The position numbers and the translations under genes were made by a program. Below the pieces are notes generated by a model. The model saw nothing but the letters and a program-made list of their open reading frames with translations, searched no databases and was not told the DNA's origin. DNA of 62,382 nt, the filler included, from Basidiobolus ranarum (taxonomy: Eukaryota), in the NCBI GenBank assembly GCA_040143965.1. It is 18 parts of 18 records of this genome, joined end to end, with 100 filler letters (N's around TTAATTAATTAA, not from the genome) between each part and the next. Parts side by side here need not be neighbours in the genome. Positions count along the whole stretch, not along the records: positions 59,021 to 62,382 come from JASJQH010002545.1; 17 more parts are not named here. One strand, given 5' to 3'. Of this stretch, positions 62,299 to 62,382 are shown piece by piece. The stretch's first letter is position 1. Every line of letters starts with the position of its first letter.

Positions 62299-62382
62299 GT
62301 GTTGTGCACCAACATTCAATGTTGTTTAACTTATGCCACATCTATACAACTTGCATAAATATCTGTTTAGTTTATCATTATT
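62299..62382 (+). mobile_element. Probable third LTR family start (TGTTGTGCACCAACA)
   Basis: The same ~34-bp start occurs at 44718-44752, in both cases interrupting another repeat. Confidence 0.5.

Noticed and set aside
1-62382. Gene-cluster interpretation (epimerase + lipase + NRPS as one biosynthetic cluster)
   Set aside because: These genes lie on separate contigs joined by artificial spacers in order of length.

Overview
This window is not one locus. It is 18 unrelated contigs of 3379 down to 3362 bp, sorted by length and joined by 100-bp artificial spacers (44 N + TTAATTAATTAA + 44 N), so gene neighbourhood across spacers means nothing. The DNA is eukaryotic and fungal: short GT-AG introns with CTAAY branch sites and fungal-type genes. 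It most likely comes from an early-diverging, repeat-rich fungus; a Zoopagomycota/Mucoromycota origin such as Basidiobolus is only an inference. Host genes: PP2A catalytic subunit, kinesin-1, ATCase end of URA2, Rax1-like RGS protein, HSF-domain factor, probable mitoribosomal mS26, an NRPS T-C-A module, a class-3 lipase-domain protein, an intronless NAD-dependent sugar epimerase/dehydratase, a secreted protein, two hypothetical proteins and a variant U6 snRNA. About half the window is decayed, nested mobile DNA. This includes Ty1/copia elements (two LTR families, Ty5-type half-tRNA PBS), a Ty3/gypsy element with an apparent self-priming PBS, CACTA- and hAT-like DNA transposons, a LINE, and an 84-bp satellite with higher-order structure. 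Most notable: (1) two families of retroelement 3' ends that finish in AATAAA, a hairpin, a C-run and telomeric CCCTAA instead of poly(A); (2) an intron-containing Fanzor (eukaryotic TnpB) remnant missed by the ORF track; (3) direct evidence of repeat-specific CpG erosion; (4) an NRPS contig that closes on itself as exactly one module.
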